Shown piece after piece: positions 26,047 to 36,195 of a stretch of DNA of 40,438 bases (position 1 is its first letter; each line of letters begins with the position of its first letter). Location of the stretch: IMG/VR virus record IMGVR_UViG_3300022936_000006, positions 1-40,438 of that record. The stretch is one strand, 5' to 3'. This DNA comes from a virus (Duplodnaviria; Caudoviricetes). The translations under genes were made by a program, and so were the position numbers. The notes below the pieces were generated by a model. It worked only from the letters and a program-made list of their open reading frames with translations, was not told the DNA's origin and ran no database searches.

Positions 26047-27932
26047 TATTTAAACTCTTCTGTAAATTGCTCCGTAAATATACCATTATTATTTGTTCCA
26101 TTAGGGTCTTGTGTGAAAATTGGCGGACTAGAACCCTCGTAAGTAGGAACCGTTATGTCGTTTGATTTGCTAGGTCTATTAAAAGCCTCGCATAATTTAA
26201 CGTTGCTCATCGTATTGTATTTAAGGTCAATATCGCAACCTAACACGCAAAATGTTTTATCGTTAAATTTCCTCTCCCCTGGGACATCAAAGCTGAATGT
26301 ATTTAGATAATCAAATTCATTGGCCCCATTTTTTAGTTTAAAATCTCCTGTATAGGTCATGTACTGTTTTTGGCGCGCCCTTAATATTGACTTAGCTAAT
26401 GCAAGGCCAAATGCTACCGGGCTATTTGTTGTACCATATTCATACCACCCCGTACTGAATTGGTACGCCTCGCCTACGTATATTGCATACAGTAGACTTA
26501 ATTGGCTACTGCCTTCTGTGGAACTGAAATAGTCCCCAAACAGTATTTTGATTGGGTCTGGCTTATTGGTATAATACGCCAAAGATTCAGATACCGAAGT
26601 CATTCCGGTATAGTCGTTTGATTTATCCTGACTTGATTTTGAAATAGATATGTCGTCTATTGTTATCGGGTTATATTCTGGTGATATGCTATAATTAGTA
26701 CCTACGCCAGTAGCCCCCCTTATAGCTTCATATGAATCCTGTACAACCTTTTCAAAGCCGTACATCTGAATAAATATACTTCCTGTTATAGGGCATTCCG
26801 GAGCGGAAAAACTCACAGAATAATTATTTATGTTACCATCTTTATTGGCCACCCTATGATTTACAGTAGCAAGTGAATTAACCCATGTATAGTCACTCCC
26901 GTAATTTGTATTGTAAAGATAACGTGTTGTAGAAGCTACGCCGTTAACATACTCAACACATGCAATACGTATCTTAAACGCATAGTAAACGCTTATTTTA
27001 TGCAGTATAGTTACGCCAATAAAACCGCCAATATTTTCCTCATAGCTGTAATCTTGAATATCCAGCATCTTGCTAACGAAATATTGCAGCTTTATATTGT
27101 CGCCTTTCTGAACAGGTATTGGTGCGGATTCTAAATACTTACCGGAATTAGCACGCTCATTAAATTGCATCGCATAATTAGGAATGGATATTTGAGCACC
27201 TGCAGCATTCGTAACAGTTCGCTGTACCCGGCTAAAGTTTAACCCCCCGTACCTGGTCCAGAAGTTAAAGTTACGTCCGTCCCACTGTTCAAAATTGCCA
27301 TTATAAAGTATGGATGGCACTTTACCGAATTCAGATATTACATCTACTCTTTTATAACCGTCTTGCCTTTCTATTTGTGCGCCTGATAATGCAATAACAT
27401 CTTTTACCGCTGGGGTTATTACGATTTCTTCCTGTACCGAGCCTATGGTAAATTCAAACAGTAAAGGATCTGTTCCTGATGAATCCTGAACGAACCCAAT
27501 ATAAGTGCCTTCGCTGAAGTTATCAAAAAAGTTGGATGACTGATATACATTTGCTGATGTCTTATATTGATAAGGTGCAGTTCCACCGCTTACATTTATT
27601 GTAACCGAACCATATACCCCGGTTATGTAGTTTACCGGAGTTGTCACTATTGAATCTATTACAACGGCAGACGGATTTGGTGTTATAAAAATCAATTCAC
27701 TATATGCAAACGGGTATTCCGGCACCCAACTTATACGTATTATTTCACCTGAAAAGTCACCCCTAAATATCTCTTGATAAGAACCTGGATTTGGCGAATA
27801 CGAATCATAAGTAACAAGGGGTATCCCTCCGCTTTCTGTTCTTGCTGATACCGTATCTGTATCATGATCATAGTCAATGTTAACGTTATCCGAACCCATT
27901 GAACTGTAACCTGTAAAACTATAAATTATCAT
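26046..27932 (-). CDS. Tail tip/baseplate protein with SprB-like repeat
   Basis: GSVTINVSGGTAPYQY; LYNGNFEQW; position downstream of the tape measure gene. Confidence 0.65.
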   Translation of the reverse strand: MIIYSFTGYSSMGSDNVNIDYDHDTDTVSARTESGGIPLVTYDSYSPNPGSYQEIFRGDFSGEIIRISWVPEYPFAYSELIFITPNPSAVVIDSIVTTPVNYITGVYGSVTINVSGGTAPYQYKTSANVYQSSNFFDNFSEGTYIGFVQDSSGTDPLLFEFTIGSVQEEIVITPAVKDVIALSGAQIERQDGYKRVDVISEFGKVPSILYNGNFEQWDGRNFNFWTRYGGLNFSRVQRTVTNAAGAQISIPNYAMQFNERANSGKYLESAPIPVQKGDNIKLQYFVSKMLDIQDYSYEENIGGFIGVTILHKISVYYAFKIRIACVEYVNGVASTTRYLYNTNYGSDYTWVNSLATVNHRVANKDGNINNYSVSFSAPECPITGSIFIQMYGFEKVVQDSYEAIRGATGVGTNYSISPEYNPITIDDISISKSSQDKSNDYTGMTSVSESLAYYTNKPDPIKILFGDYFSSTEGSSQLSLLYAIYVGEAYQFSTGWYEYGTTNSPVAFGLALAKSILRARQKQYMTYTGDFKLKNGANEFDYLNTFSFDVPGERKFNDKTFCVLGCDIDLKYNTMSNVKLCEAFNRPSKSNDITVPTYEGSSPPIFTQDPNGTNNNGIFTEQFTEEFK

Positions 27933-29074
27933 AATACACCCCCTATAACCCGTTTTGTCTGTAAATTCTCTCCGTACAAAAATAAACCTTTATAGTTATA
28001 TCTGCGTGACCTAATAATAGGATTTGACAATTCATTTTCACGAACAAAATACCAAACTCCATCCCTTTGTACAATGAACGCGCCCCATGCCTGGGCGACC
28101 TTTTCCAGTACATCATAAACTGTTAAAGTAGTGCCGTTGTCATTGGATAGCCGCAATGGATTGATTGAAGCCAGCGACATTGGGTCATCATTTAAGCCCG
28201 TTGGCATTGTCGCCTCGTATAGGTTGCATACAGTAATTATATCCAGGTTAAGATTCGTTACAGCAAAGCAGTAGGCTAGTATATCTTTAAATGATTGCTT
28301 AATGTCCGTAGTAGAACCAACAGGAACTGGATATGTAACAGCCTTTAGCCCCCCGATTGAATCCGTAGCCCTTATATTCACCTCGTAAGGCGGAGATACA
28401 AAAGCCTCTGACCCCCCCGATGGCATAATGTAGCCTTTAAACTTAACCTGACCTCCTTTAGTAATTGTAACCTGAAACGACCGTTCATCATTGGCATATA
28501 GTTCCTCTAAAGCAAAATTGCTTTCAACAACAAATGATAATTTACATTCAACAGGCCGGAATACATCAAATCTTTCAACTTCTTTATAAGACAACACAAC
28601 CGGACTTTTTCCGCCTACTTCAATTGGTAATGGCAGTCCACTGTATTTATTTGAACTTATCAGCACATTAACATTCACTCCGTCAATATCACAAAAGTCC
28701 ATTACCCTGTACGGCACATAAACTGGATTACCGAACGGATTAACCGGAACGGCGGGTTCGGGAAGTGGCTCTAAATATCCGCATTCAGGTGCATTGATTA
28801 CCGTTTCAGTGTATGCGAAAGGTCGTTCATCTTGTGCCCTGATATAATAATGTGTGTGTGTTGTGGTATTACAGAAATCCGTTATTAGATCACCTGGAAA
28901 ATATCGCCTGTCTACACTGTTGTAGTCGCTCAACCTATCTAGGTTTAAATCAACCTCACCCTCTACACCCGCAGTGGATATAATGCCATTGTCATCAACC
29001 AGTATCCTGATGTATCTGCGCGGTTGATTAAAACCGGAACGCTTACCTGAAAATCTATCTATTTCCCAAGCCAT
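27929..29074 (-). CDS. Distal tail/baseplate hub protein
   Basis: Immediately after the tape measure gene; FKGYI..ATDSIGGLK..VLEKV..GAFIVQRDGVWYFVR. Confidence 0.65.
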   Translation of the reverse strand: MAWEIDRFSGKRSGFNQPRRYIRILVDDNGIISTAGVEGEVDLNLDRLSDYNSVDRRYFPGDLITDFCNTTTHTHYYIRAQDERPFAYTETVINAPECGYLEPLPEPAVPVNPFGNPVYVPYRVMDFCDIDGVNVNVLISSNKYSGLPLPIEVGGKSPVVLSYKEVERFDVFRPVECKLSFVVESNFALEELYANDERSFQVTITKGGQVKFKGYIMPSGGSEAFVSPPYEVNIRATDSIGGLKAVTYPVPVGSTTDIKQSFKDILAYCFAVTNLNLDIITVCNLYEATMPTGLNDDPMSLASINPLRLSNDNGTTLTVYDVLEKVAQAWGAFIVQRDGVWYFVRENELSNPIIRSRRYNYKGLFLYGENLQTKRVIGGVL

Positions 29075-31317
29075 TACCCTAACCTATTTAGTCGTCTTTC
29101 CTCTGTTCTTATTTTCGCTACTAATACGCCCATTTCTATTCCTAATTCACTGCTAATTATTACTGGTTGATTCTGTGCACTGCCCATTATTGAGCGCGTG
29201 CGGGTATTTGTCATTACATCGGCCCCTGTTGGCAGATTTACCAATTCAGGTCCCCGTTCGCCTACTAATGCCATGCCGCCCTTAAAGTTGTTTACTCCCG
29301 TTGCGAATTGTGGTATTTGGTTAACTGGGGTATGTGAATTACCACCTCTGCCTTTCGCCCCTGATGCCAGGCCACCTAATACCGATATAGCAGCACCTGC
29401 AGCAATCATACCTGCACCCCCTGCAATGTTATTCGCCCCGCTTCCGGGCAGAATTAAATTCTTGGCAATACCATAACCAATTTGCGCGACACCCTCTTTA
29501 ATAAACATCTGGCCTAATTGACCTAAGAACCCTGCAAACGCTTGTATAATTGCCGATCCAAAAGCATCAATTGCGCTTGTGCCTTCTGCCAATGCAACGC
29601 CAATAGAACTAAATGCCGAACCTATCGCCTCACCAAAACCCGATGTGGCCAACTCACTTATTGATGAGTAGAATTTTTCTGTACTGGCATCGGCTGCTAA
29701 TATCAGTCTCTCATATTCCGTTAAGCCTTTAAGTACCGCAGGCGGAACCATCCTAAATTGGCTGTCTGATATGCCCGGTAACGCTGGTAAATTTGCAGCC
29801 GGATTGGCTTGTAAATTCTGCCCACCATATTGCAAAGCGTCAGTTAGCTTATTTTGCTTATCAATTAAGTCCTGTACGGCAGTAGAAGCGGGCTTGTAGC
29901 CATTATCTATTAAGCCGTTTATGGCGGTCTGGTAAGACGAAATATTAGCCTCTGCGATACTGAACTTATCCGCTCCAAAAGCAAGCGGGTTTTTCTTTAG
30001 GTCATTAGCAAGGTTTTTATATATTTCGGCTATTTTGTCTATGTCTTTTGCTTGCTCTTTACCTACCTTACCCGTAATATCTGCACCCTGTTTAATCTGT
30101 TCTGTTATAGCCTTTTCAAGCTGTAAGTTTTTTTGATTTAAACCGCTGATTCCCATTTTTAGCTCCATCTGGCTAAGAATGTTTTTTTCTAACTCTTCAT
30201 TTAGTACGTTTAGAGTTGTTTGCTTTGATATTTCGGAAGATCCGTTTGCCTGTGCCACACCACCAGAGCCAGGGACAATATAATTAGCGTTCCTCGCCTC
30301 TCGTATCCTTGCCTCAATACCTAACTGCTTTTCTCGTAGGTCGATTATCTTTTGTTCTTCCTCTAATTGCTTAGAAGCGTTCTTTGTAATCAAATCCTGC
30401 GCAGCCCTTGCCCTGGCCGTAGCTAAAATAGAGTTGGCTAACTTATCATAAGCAGTTGAGGCATTACCAGCAAGGATTGATTCGTCCTTAATATTTTTAA
30501 AGTATTCCGGGTATTTACTTTGAAGCTCATTAACGGCGTCAACACGCTGTTTGTAAGATAGAGTTACATCTTGAGATACATTGTATAATGTACGTAATTC
30601 TGTAAGCTCTTTTTGTGCGTTCTGCGCGCCTTTTACCTTTACCTGGTCTAATTGGTTCAGTGAATTTATATAAGCATCTGTATCGGTCTTAGCCTCTTTG
30701 GTAGCCTTGTTTGACCGTTGTTGCCACATGGTGTAGAACGTGAACGCAGCCGTAACAAGAGATAAAGCCACACCCAGGCCAGCAGGACCAATAAAAGATT
30801 GTCCTAACGCGCGTAAAGCAGCCGCATTACTCCCGGTTTCTTGCCTTAGTCTTGTGAAGGATTCTAATAAAGGGTTTAAGTTATTTTGTATACCAATAAA
30901 ACCAAAAGGTGCGTCTTGCGCCACCCTGCCCAAATTGGTTAAGGCGTTGCCAGCTTGATTAGCTCCAACACTAAACCTACTAAGGTTAACAGAATTTATT
31001 GCCCTGTTTGTTTCTGTAAGCCTTCTGCTGGTTATCTCTATAGCGGAATTTAAAGTTGTTATCCTGGCTGGGTCTAAAGTATTCCTTAGCCCCTCTCTAA
31101 AAGTAGATAATTGCCTCTCTAATGTAGATATGGTTTTTGTAAATCCAGCCATTCCGTTAGATGCGGCGTTTGCCGCCCCCACAGTTTGACTTATAGCGTT
31201 TGTAGTCCCCGTTACTGAATTTGTTAACCTGTCCGAACTACTTGCCGCAGCGGTGATGTTACGGACAAAGTTGTCCATATTCGCCTGTATTTCCGCTGAT
31301 AAAACTACGTTAGCCAT
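29074..31317 (-). CDS. Tape measure protein
   Basis: A/G/L-rich helical 747 aa; QDAPFGFIGIQNNL; C-terminal FATG..GERGPELV; follows the chaperones. Confidence 0.9.
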   Translation of the reverse strand: MANVVLSAEIQANMDNFVRNITAAASSSDRLTNSVTGTTNAISQTVGAANAASNGMAGFTKTISTLERQLSTFREGLRNTLDPARITTLNSAIEITSRRLTETNRAINSVNLSRFSVGANQAGNALTNLGRVAQDAPFGFIGIQNNLNPLLESFTRLRQETGSNAAALRALGQSFIGPAGLGVALSLVTAAFTFYTMWQQRSNKATKEAKTDTDAYINSLNQLDQVKVKGAQNAQKELTELRTLYNVSQDVTLSYKQRVDAVNELQSKYPEYFKNIKDESILAGNASTAYDKLANSILATARARAAQDLITKNASKQLEEEQKIIDLREKQLGIEARIREARNANYIVPGSGGVAQANGSSEISKQTTLNVLNEELEKNILSQMELKMGISGLNQKNLQLEKAITEQIKQGADITGKVGKEQAKDIDKIAEIYKNLANDLKKNPLAFGADKFSIAEANISSYQTAINGLIDNGYKPASTAVQDLIDKQNKLTDALQYGGQNLQANPAANLPALPGISDSQFRMVPPAVLKGLTEYERLILAADASTEKFYSSISELATSGFGEAIGSAFSSIGVALAEGTSAIDAFGSAIIQAFAGFLGQLGQMFIKEGVAQIGYGIAKNLILPGSGANNIAGGAGMIAAGAAISVLGGLASGAKGRGGNSHTPVNQIPQFATGVNNFKGGMALVGERGPELVNLPTGADVMTNTRTRSIMGSAQNQPVIISSELGIEMGVLVAKIRTEERRLNRLG

Positions 31318-31659
31318 CTTTTTTCTTACCTAAATTTCTAAACAATGTATCTAACTTAACTATTTTTGCCCGGCTTATAGATTTAAACTTAGGTTTCGGC
31401 TCTCCCTCAATTGGCCACCATTGCTGCATTGACTTAGGCATTTTCTTTGGGTCTCCAAAGCTGGAATAAATCATCCAGTTCAATTGCCTTTCCGAATGTT
31501 CTAATCTTTGCAACTTATTCCGGTGTCCTAAAATCATCGTATAATATTCTGCATCGGTCAACCTTATAAACTCCCACGGTTTTAATCCTAATTCAGAGTA
31601 AGCAAAAGACTTAACTAAGTTCCAGTCTTCTAACTTTGGCTTTCCTCTACTTTTTTTTT
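31310..31659 (-). CDS. Tail assembly chaperone, frameshifted (GT-like) C-terminal part
   Basis: The -1 frame is open from the A9 run: SRGKPKLEDWNLVKSFAYSELGLKPWEFIRLTDAEY... Confidence 0.8.
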
Positions 31660-32004
31660 ATTACCGTTAACCAGGTTTATCAGAGCCTCATTTGGTTTTG
31701 CTTCCTCCCATGCCTTGTAAATGCGCATAGTCAATTCATCATCACCCGCAATCGCTTCCATTAATTCATAAGCCTTTGCAAATGTCGGCCTTAGAACTTC
31801 ATCAATATCCGCCTGGTTACACAATGCGCCGTACATAATGGCTGCAAATGATTGCTCTGATTCTGGAGCCGGGTTAATGCCCGCTTCCTTTTTTCGCTTT
31901 ACAATTTCATCTAATTTCTCCCTGAATAACCTGGACGCAAGCACACCAAAATAGAGGGAATGTTTTACCCCCTCTACTTCAAATGATATTTTTGCTGTAC
32001 TCAT
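31630..32004 (-). CDS. Tail assembly chaperone (G-like; start revised to 32004)
   Basis: Between tail tube and tape measure genes; ends at the slippery A9 run. Confidence 0.8.
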   Translation of the reverse strand: MSTAKISFEVEGVKHSLYFGVLASRLFREKLDEIVKRKKEAGINPAPESEQSFAAIMYGALCNQADIDEVLRPTFAKAYELMEAIAGDDELTMRIYKAWEEAKPNEALINLVNGNKKKVEESQS

Positions 32005-32005
32005 A

Positions 32006-32485
32006 TTATGGAGTAATTGGTGCAATGTCGTCTTGATCTCCGGGCTGTCCTACGCCTGTTAAGCTGATAGAAAAGGTTTGAGCCTCGTTATCAGGCGCTC
32101 CATCACTAAACGAATCAATACGAGCCAATCCGTAACGCATAGTTACTTTTGGAGTTGCAGTGTCCATCATGAACGCCCAAAATATCTGGCCTGATCTCCA
32201 TAATTTAAACAGTGCGTTGTGGTTAATTCTTGGGTCTGCAAGCTCTAAAGATTGAGCCTGACCTTCTGCGGACATTGTCCAGCCTTTTTCACCGTCCAAT
32301 GATTCAGCAAAACCGCCTGAACATTTAGTTGTTGTAGCGATTGCCGATGTTGTACCATCAAAGCCATTAGAGGTCAGACAAGCAACTAAAACGGCATCTT
32401 CAACCGTTACGTCCTCAATATCTGTAGTGATTGGTGTTGTAGTGTCGATATAAAGTAATACCGTTCTACCGTTTAAAAATGCCAT
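32006..32485 (-). CDS. Major tail tube protein
   Basis: LNGRTVLLY..VACLTSN..TTTKC..G..WTMSAEG..FSISLTGVG. Confidence 0.88.
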   Translation of the reverse strand: MAFLNGRTVLLYIDTTTPITTDIEDVTVEDAVLVACLTSNGFDGTTSAIATTTKCSGGFAESLDGEKGWTMSAEGQAQSLELADPRINHNALFKLWRSGQIFWAFMMDTATPKVTMRYGLARIDSFSDGAPDNEAQTFSISLTGVGQPGDQDDIAPITP

Positions 32486-32534
32486 AGTCTTTTTTTATTT
32501 CAAATATACAACGTAACAACGATATTACAAAATG

Positions 32535-32651
32535 TTATCTACTTTGCTCTTTAACCCACCTCTCCCTCATAAACAAAACTCGTTGCCTTGCCCATACGCA
32601 TTTAGTCTTAGGCATAGGGTATTTAATCTCCGCTTGTTGTTCCAGTGTCAT
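32535..32651 (-). CDS. Small hypothetical protein (38 aa)
   Basis: MTLEQQAEIKYPMPKTKCVW..., manual translation. Confidence 0.4.
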   Translation of the reverse strand: MTLEQQAEIKYPMPKTKCVWARQRVLFMRERWVKEQSR

Positions 32652-32784
32652 CTTTTTTTGATTTGGGTGTAACCACTCTTTTTGCCACACCAATAGATTT
32701 CATGTAGCGGTAAACTTTTGCCTCTACTTCGTGCTTTGTTCCGGCTTTCTCGCCTCTGTAGTTAATTAACAATTCTATTTTCAT
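32623..32784 (-). CDS. Small protein (53 aa), paralogue of 34646-34813
   Basis: MKIELLINYRGEKAGTKHEVEAKVYRYMKSIGVA...; ATGA overlap. Confidence 0.6.
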   Translation of the reverse strand: MKIELLINYRGEKAGTKHEVEAKVYRYMKSIGVAKRVVTPKSKKDDTGTTSGD

Positions 32785-33254
32785 TGCGATACTGAATTAG
32801 TGAATAATAATTGTGTTACCCATACGCTGTTTGTGTCGGTTGTGTATGGTATATTTATTGTGCCCTCAAGAGTTCCTTTCCAGCAATTAAGTGGCTGTGG
32901 TAGTTCCAATTTGGTAAATAAACCGTCATCTGTAAGCAAACGGCCAACAACTAAGTCCCCTATTAATTCGGCATCTTCAGAACCGCCCTTAAATAGAGGC
33001 CATTTGGTTGTGATCTGCACTTGTATGGCTAATTGGTCGTTACGTAGACATTTAGCCGATATATCGTTAGAGGTCTGGTTAAGCAGGATTATATAAGACT
33101 CAAAACTTGACGATCCTACAGGGATTACCGCAATAGGGCGGGCAGTTGTAGGTTGTAAATATTCTTCGTATACAGGGATGGTTACGCCCTTATATGTAAG
33201 TCCCGCTAATGCTGTTACGTATGCTTTGCGAAGTGCTAAGTTTGGGTTTATCAT
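32781..33254 (-). CDS. Tail completion/terminator protein
   Basis: Position in the neck gene block; NPNLALRKAY..YIILLNQT. Confidence 0.7.
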   Translation of the reverse strand: MINPNLALRKAYVTALAGLTYKGVTIPVYEEYLQPTTARPIAVIPVGSSSFESYIILLNQTSNDISAKCLRNDQLAIQVQITTKWPLFKGGSEDAELIGDLVVGRLLTDDGLFTKLELPQPLNCWKGTLEGTINIPYTTDTNSVWVTQLLFTNSVSQ

Positions 33255-33760
33255 ATTTTTAATTTCTTCATAGCTGCATCCAGCTCTTTTACAAAAACAA
33301 CACTGTATTTATTGAACGCTGGCAATAAGTAAGGTTTAGCTATTATCGTACCGCGTCCGTTAATATAAAACTTTTGCGCAACCGCTCGCCATTCAGGCGG
33401 AACCGTTAGCAAATACGATTTAGCACTTTGCCCGGTTCCCATTTCAACATATACCGCAATGTCACCCGCTGACTTCTCGACATAAACAGACCCTTTTAAT
33501 CCTGATGCCTCAATCTGATTCCCAATAGCTGCAGCAATATTACCATTGTTGGTTCCTTTTCTTTTTTCTGCAATCTGGTTAGGCGAAATACTACCGCCCT
33601 GTGTTTGTATCCTGTCTCCCCCGCCTGGTGCATTTCGGTACGCTTCCTGCTCCATATCTCCTAAAGTTACTGCAACAATCTCTTTTACCTCTGTCTCAAA
33701 TGCAGCAGATAAAGCCAGTAACCGGGCAGACAAAGTATTTATATTGTTGCGGGCTGCCAT
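33251..33760 (-). CDS. HK97 gp10-like neck protein
   Basis: AVYVEMGT and AKPYLLPAF motifs. Confidence 0.8.
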   Translation of the reverse strand: MAARNNINTLSARLLALSAAFETEVKEIVAVTLGDMEQEAYRNAPGGGDRIQTQGGSISPNQIAEKRKGTNNGNIAAAIGNQIEASGLKGSVYVEKSAGDIAVYVEMGTGQSAKSYLLTVPPEWRAVAQKFYINGRGTIIAKPYLLPAFNKYSVVFVKELDAAMKKLKI

Positions 33761-34101
33761 TATCTTTGGGGTAATTGAACTGATTTAGCAATAATAGTTA
33801 ACCATTCTTTATAAACAAAATCAACCTCGGCACTAGTAATCGTAAAAACCTGACCTCGCCATTTCAAAAACATATCTTCAGCAACGAACTTATCATTCCT
33901 ATTGCGTACCGTAAACGAGAACGATGGCTTTAATTCTTCCTGATTCGCTTGCACCGTTCTTAATGACCGTAGCGGCTTTACTTGTGCCGATGTAGCCCAA
34001 TATACCACTTCACCCGGAATACTTCCCCCTGAACCGTTATCTGTGTCCGCATTCTGGTATATGTCTATACGCTGGTTTAATTCGCCACTGTTTAGTTTCA
34101 T
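33760..34101 (-). CDS. Head closure (SPP1 gp16-like) protein
   Basis: SGELNQRIDI..DNGSGG..W..FTVR. Confidence 0.85.
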   Translation of the reverse strand: MKLNSGELNQRIDIYQNADTDNGSGGSIPGEVVYWATSAQVKPLRSLRTVQANQEELKPSFSFTVRNRNDKFVAEDMFLKWRGQVFTITSAEVDFVYKEWLTIIAKSVQLPQR

Positions 34102-34646
34102 TGTATAAATAAATTACGGCTGTACTGTGATGCTTTGCTTAATGCTAGTCCAGAAATATCAGAAACGGGCATACCCCTGTTTTTGTATTCGTAATCTATC
34201 TGAATTAATAACGCTTGTTTCAGCCCATAAGGTAATGTATCGTAACCAGCATTATAGGTAAGATTAAACAGCCCGAAATTTTCGTTATACCCAACAGGAT
34301 AAACTATATAATGGCTATCGCAATAGTCGTTACCTATCATAGGAAAATCCAATCCTGAAATGTTGTAAGTAAGTTCCGTTACCTCGTCTGATGCAGTAGT
34401 CAACTTTACAACTTCCGTAACAGGGCCATAAGGAATATAAATTCGGTCGCCATTCCATTGCATTTTTAATACTTTTGGTTTAAACGTTAAATTCAATTCC
34501 TTTTCCAGCTTTTCCCTGGCACCCCGGCAAGTAGCAATCAAATCATCATCATCAGATGTATAATCTGCATCAATCCTAAGAAAGTTTTTAATTTCCTCAA
34601 GTGTTAATGGCTCTGACGAATCATCGGATACTGTTTTAACTTCCAT
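34098..34646 (-). CDS. Head-tail connector (gp6/gp15-like)
   Basis: EPLTLEEIKNFLRID..DDDLI..YNAGY..LP..LKQALL..YKNRG. Confidence 0.88.
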   Translation of the reverse strand: MEVKTVSDDSSEPLTLEEIKNFLRIDADYTSDDDDLIATCRGAREKLEKELNLTFKPKVLKMQWNGDRIYIPYGPVTEVVKLTTASDEVTELTYNISGLDFPMIGNDYCDSHYIVYPVGYNENFGLFNLTYNAGYDTLPYGLKQALLIQIDYEYKNRGMPVSDISGLALSKASQYSRNLFIQ

Positions 34647-34813
34647 TACTTAGTATTGTTAGTTTGTTTCTTTTTTTTGTTAACGTAAGGCTGTTTTTCT
34701 TCTTTTACAGACAAGCCAATTCGCTCAAAATAATCTACCTGCTCATTGTCAACCTCTATAGTTTCTCCGGTCTCTTTCCCGTTGTGTGGTCTTGATAATT
34801 TAATTTTTGCCAT
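34646..34813 (-). CDS. Small protein (55 aa) after the capsid gene
   Basis: MAKIKLSRPHNGKETGETIEVDNEQVDYFERIGL...; promoter TACATTTG at 34838-34831. Confidence 0.65.
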   Translation of the reverse strand: MAKIKLSRPHNGKETGETIEVDNEQVDYFERIGLSVKEEKQPYVNKKKKQTNNTK

Positions 34814-34854
34814 GATGTTTTTGTTTTAATCAAATGTAGTTAATTAGTTACAAT

Positions 34855-34884
34855 AAAAAAAGCCCCGAATTTCTCCGAGGCTTT
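34855..34884 (-). terminator. Intrinsic terminator after the capsid gene
   Basis: Minus strand AAAGCCTCGG-agaaat-TCGGGGCTTT followed by T-run. Confidence 0.75.
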
Positions 34885-34910
34885 CCAAACAATCCAAACC
34901 TAAATTATTT

Positions 34911-36194
34911 TTATGCTGTAGCTGCCGAGCCTAAGACAAAATAGTCTGGGCCATAAACTGGCAAAGCAACAGTTTCCTCAATACGGCAAGTAACCTGGTT
35001 AGTCCTCACGTTGGTTGAATCTTGCTCAAAGAACTCAATTTGCATTGCTTCTTGAACATACAATTCAGTGCCGTGCTGGAAGTCTCCAACTACATAGTCG
35101 TTTGCATTCAATGCAGTTGTTTTTGAAACAGGTACACCTAAGATGTAAGGAATACCACCAACAATATCAACTCCTGGCGGCAAATCATATTCACCTGAAC
35201 CGGTAGCTTTGTTTTTAACAAGGTTATACCATTGAGCCGGGCGTAAAGCGATACCGGTTGCTAAACGTTTGTAAGTGTCCTCTAACAATGACATATCATT
35301 GATGATCTTTTCAACCAATGCTGTAGAGCCTGCTGCAGAACCCGCAACATAGTTACCGGCAGTCAGAATACCTTTAAGGTTTGGTGATGTACCGTTACCG
35401 TAAAGGATTTGCGCATCTTCAACATCCCAAAGTTTTTCAGGCAACCTGTAGTTAAGGAACGCCATTAAGCCCGGAATGTTACGCATTGCTTTTTTAGACA
35501 ACAGTAACCAACCCGCAATGGTTTCAAACTTAACCGATGACTCAACTAAATCCAAATCAAACTGTGGCTTTAAACCGGTTGCTTGTGTGGTCGGAGTTGC
35601 GGCACTTGTTGCCTCTGCTGTCGGAGCGATTGAACCCTCACCTACACCGTTTTCACGCATGAAGTAAAAGTCTGTACCAGGACCAGAAGGAAACACATTA
35701 ATCAGGTCACGCATGTGTGTCATGGTGTTCTGATTGGTAATGATTCCCGGACGCTGAATACCTGCCCATTGAGTGCCCCCGGTTACGTTATTGATACCCA
35801 TTGCGCCAACCGCTTTCATGTTAACGCCTTTAACGTTAAGGTCAAGGCTGATTTTTTTGATCTCACCACGGCCAAATTTCTCAATGTTGTCTGTTGCGTC
35901 TTCAATCGCTTTACCCAAAACATCACCAAATGATTTCTCACCTGATTGCGAGTTGCGGGATGTCTCAAACTTAACAATTGCTTCGTCAATAGACTTCAAC
36001 AATTTCTTTTCCAGGTCTTCAACTACGTTTTTCAACTTAGTTACTTCCTCTGTGTCGGCTTTTTCGCCTAATGCTTCGATTGCTTTCTTGGCCGAATCTA
36101 CAGCCGAATTTGCCAGGCGTAATGCTCCTGCTGATTCCTCTTTTAAGGCTTTTGCAGCTTCGTCAATCGCGTCTTTTACTTCTTTAATTTCCAT
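34911..36194 (-). CDS. Major capsid protein (HK97 fold, N-terminal delta domain)
   Basis: Coiled-coil N-terminus; EDAQILYGNG..LKGIL, ILGVPV, VVGDF, VTCRIEE. Confidence 0.93.
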   Translation of the reverse strand: MEIKEVKDAIDEAAKALKEESAGALRLANSAVDSAKKAIEALGEKADTEEVTKLKNVVEDLEKKLLKSIDEAIVKFETSRNSQSGEKSFGDVLGKAIEDATDNIEKFGRGEIKKISLDLNVKGVNMKAVGAMGINNVTGGTQWAGIQRPGIITNQNTMTHMRDLINVFPSGPGTDFYFMRENGVGEGSIAPTAEATSAATPTTQATGLKPQFDLDLVESSVKFETIAGWLLLSKKAMRNIPGLMAFLNYRLPEKLWDVEDAQILYGNGTSPNLKGILTAGNYVAGSAAGSTALVEKIINDMSLLEDTYKRLATGIALRPAQWYNLVKNKATGSGEYDLPPGVDIVGGIPYILGVPVSKTTALNANDYVVGDFQHGTELYVQEAMQIEFFEQDSTNVRTNQVTCRIEETVALPVYGPDYFVLGSAATA

Positions 36195-36195
36195 G

